A stretch of 60,229 bases of DNA from the NCBI GenBank assembly GCA_963737905.1, contig CAVTUQ010000016.1:1-60229 (forward strand), written 5' to 3'. Made by a program: the position numbers and the translations under genes. Source of the DNA: an uncultured delta proteobacterium. GTDB lineage: Bacteria > Desulfobacterota > Binatia > UBA9968. Positions 58,483 to 60,229 of the stretch are shown one piece after another; position 1 is the first letter of the stretch; every line of letters begins with the position of its first letter. The notes under the pieces are model-generated. The model saw only the letters and a program-made list of their open reading frames with translations. It ran no database searches and was not told where the DNA came from.

Positions 58483-59470
58483 ATGGCCAGCATTCACTTA
58501 ACGTTGGCGTGTGAAGACTACGACCGCACGCGGCCGCTCAAGGACGGCATTATCAAACCCGAGGGCATTGATCTCAACTATCTCGTGCTATCGGTGGAAG
58601 AGATCTTCTGGCGCATGATGAAATACGAAGAGTTCGACGCTTCGGAGCTTTCCATGGGCGCTTTTTTAACGGCGGCCGCACGCGGGCGCGGGCCGTTCAT
58701 CGCGATTCCAGTGTTTCCCTCAAGAACGTTTCGCCACCGATGCATTTTTGTGAATACGGCTTGTGGCGTTGAGCGCCCGGAAGATTTACGCGGCAAGCGG
58801 ATGGGCGTGCCGGAGTACAGTATGACGGCTGCGGTATGGCTGCGCGGTCTCTTTCAGCATGAATACGGCGTGTCGCCGGAAGAGATTCATTGGGTTCAGG
58901 CCGGAGAAGAGGAACCCGGCCGGAAAGATCGCGTGGAATTCGAGATGCCACCGGGGGTCCGGCTAGAAAACTAAGCCGATAGGACCTTGAACGCGATGAT
59001 CGATAGCGGGGAGATCAACGCTATGATGTCGCCCCGAATGCCGACTTGCTTTCTCAACGGTTCGCCTCGCGTCCGCCGGCTGTTTCCAATTACAAGCAGG
59101 CAGAGATGGAAATATCAGGAAAACCGGTTTATTTCCGATTATGCACGTGATCGTGATTCGTAAGGCGATCTACGATGCTGACCCGTGGGTGGCGCAGACC
59201 TTATATAAGGCCTTCTGCCAGGCGAAGGATCTGCTCATGAGAGAGCTTTACGATACGAACGTGCTGCGTGTCAGTCTTCCCTGGACCTCGGCGGAATATG
59301 AGGAGACCCGCAGCTTGATAACCGCCGACTACTGGCCCTATGGGCTCGCGCCCAACCGGGCCAATCTAGAAACGCTGCATTCTTACCTTCACGAACAGGG
59401 ATTGATCAAACAAAGGCTCGTTCTCGACGAGAGTTTCGCGCGCGAAACCCTCGAAGCCTTCAAAGTCTAA
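58483..59470 (+). CDS. 4,5-dihydroxyphthalate decarboxylase-like / substrate-binding-fold protein (in-frame stop at 58972 and frameshifts near 59085-59125)
   Basis: YDRTRPL.DG, FDASELS, PVFPSRTFRH, PEYSMTA, FPIMH and WPYG..PNR; the reading continues past the stop as ADRTLNAMI. Confidence 0.8.
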
Positions 59471-59482
59471 CTGGCACGAAAA

Positions 59483-60229
59483 TCAATGGGCTTGGCCGTA
59501 GCCGCCGCCGTAAGGGGTCAGAACGACGATTTCCGTCTGCGCAGGCAAGGCTGCTTTGCTGACGACCAGAGTGTCGTTTAGCAAACGCCGGTGGGGCATC
59601 CCTTGGAAAAACATCTCCAGCAACGACGTGTTTTCACGGTAATGCATGGGGATGGCGATCTTCGGTTTCAATTGCGTAAGGACTTCACGGGCGGTATCGG
59701 GCGGCATAGTGAAAGTGCCGCCGATGGGAATCATCACGACGTCCACTTTGCCGAAAGCCTTGACTTGTTCGGGTACCAACGGATGGCTCAAATCTCCCAG
59801 GTGGGCGATACAGAGCGCTCCCAGATCGAAGACGAAAGCCGCGCCCTTGAAGCGGTGTAGAAGACCTGCTGATAGACGGGGATATTGTAGATGAGCACGT
59901 CGCGAACCGACGTGCTTACCTTATTCCATTCGGCTCCATGGTTGGCGAGGCCGCGTATGATGATCGGATTTCCTTGCGCGAGCTCCACATAGTTGTGGTT
60001 CGGATGCTCTCGACCCACGGTGACCACGTGCGGGGTCACCACCGGGGTTGGGTGCATTCCCGGCGCCAGCGGATCGGTGATAATCTTGGTTCCCTTGCTC
60101 GAGGTAATCTGGAAGAAATTGTGACCGAAATACTCGATGGTCGCGTCGGGCGCGGCTGCATAGGCCAGGCCGGAGAGACGTAGAGCGACATCGGGGTCAC
60201 GGCAGGAAGCAGCGGCTGAAAAAGCGCCC
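59483..60229 (-). CDS. MBL-fold metallo-hydrolase (5'-partial, frameshift near 59860)
   Basis: YFGHNFF, IITDP, EHPNHN, HLGD, IPIGG and IPMHY. Confidence 0.8.

Noticed and set aside
58972-58974. Stop-codon recoding in the decarboxylase-like gene
   Set aside because: The stop is TAA, not TGA or TAG, and nearby frameshifts point to sequence error or decay.

Overview
A 60-kb bacterial window, GC-rich overall with several more AT-rich patches. The gene content (many stand-alone substrate-binding proteins, amidohydrolase, MmgE/PrpD, Rieske oxygenase, hydantoinase A/B, LLM oxidoreductase) and the short intergenic repeats resemble Candidatus Binatia/deltaproteobacterial MAGs; this is an inference. 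Most of the window is a mosaic of catabolic enzymes, two VapBC-type TA pairs and hflKC. Many genes carry single-base frameshifts, often in homopolymers, which suggests long-read assembly errors. The most unusual part is 28.5-39.5 kb. It starts with a two-gene nuclease-STAND/NACHT locus (Avs/NLR-like, probably anti-phage). It continues with three copies of a mosaic non-coding element (34592-34811, 36931-37090, 38061-38232) built on the tRNA-Phe anticodon stem-loop (GAGGA-TTTTCAG-TCCTC) with 10-bp-periodic GTCACTAT-like arm repeats and an IHF-like site, plus a diverged fourth core and an inverted arm near 39.35-39.53 kb. These att-like sites separate small cargo units: a cNMP-binding/oxidoreductase fusion; a 5'-truncated hicA, hicB, an integron attC and a DUF1801 gene; and a pair of small paralogous genes. 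No integrase or intact tRNA is present in the window. Other notable items are a Venus-flytrap-like plus ~8-TM protein, an FG-GAP protein with two aerolysin-like Ser/Thr-rich hairpins, and a possible orphan IS110-type non-coding end. No CRISPR array, rRNA or complete tRNA was seen.
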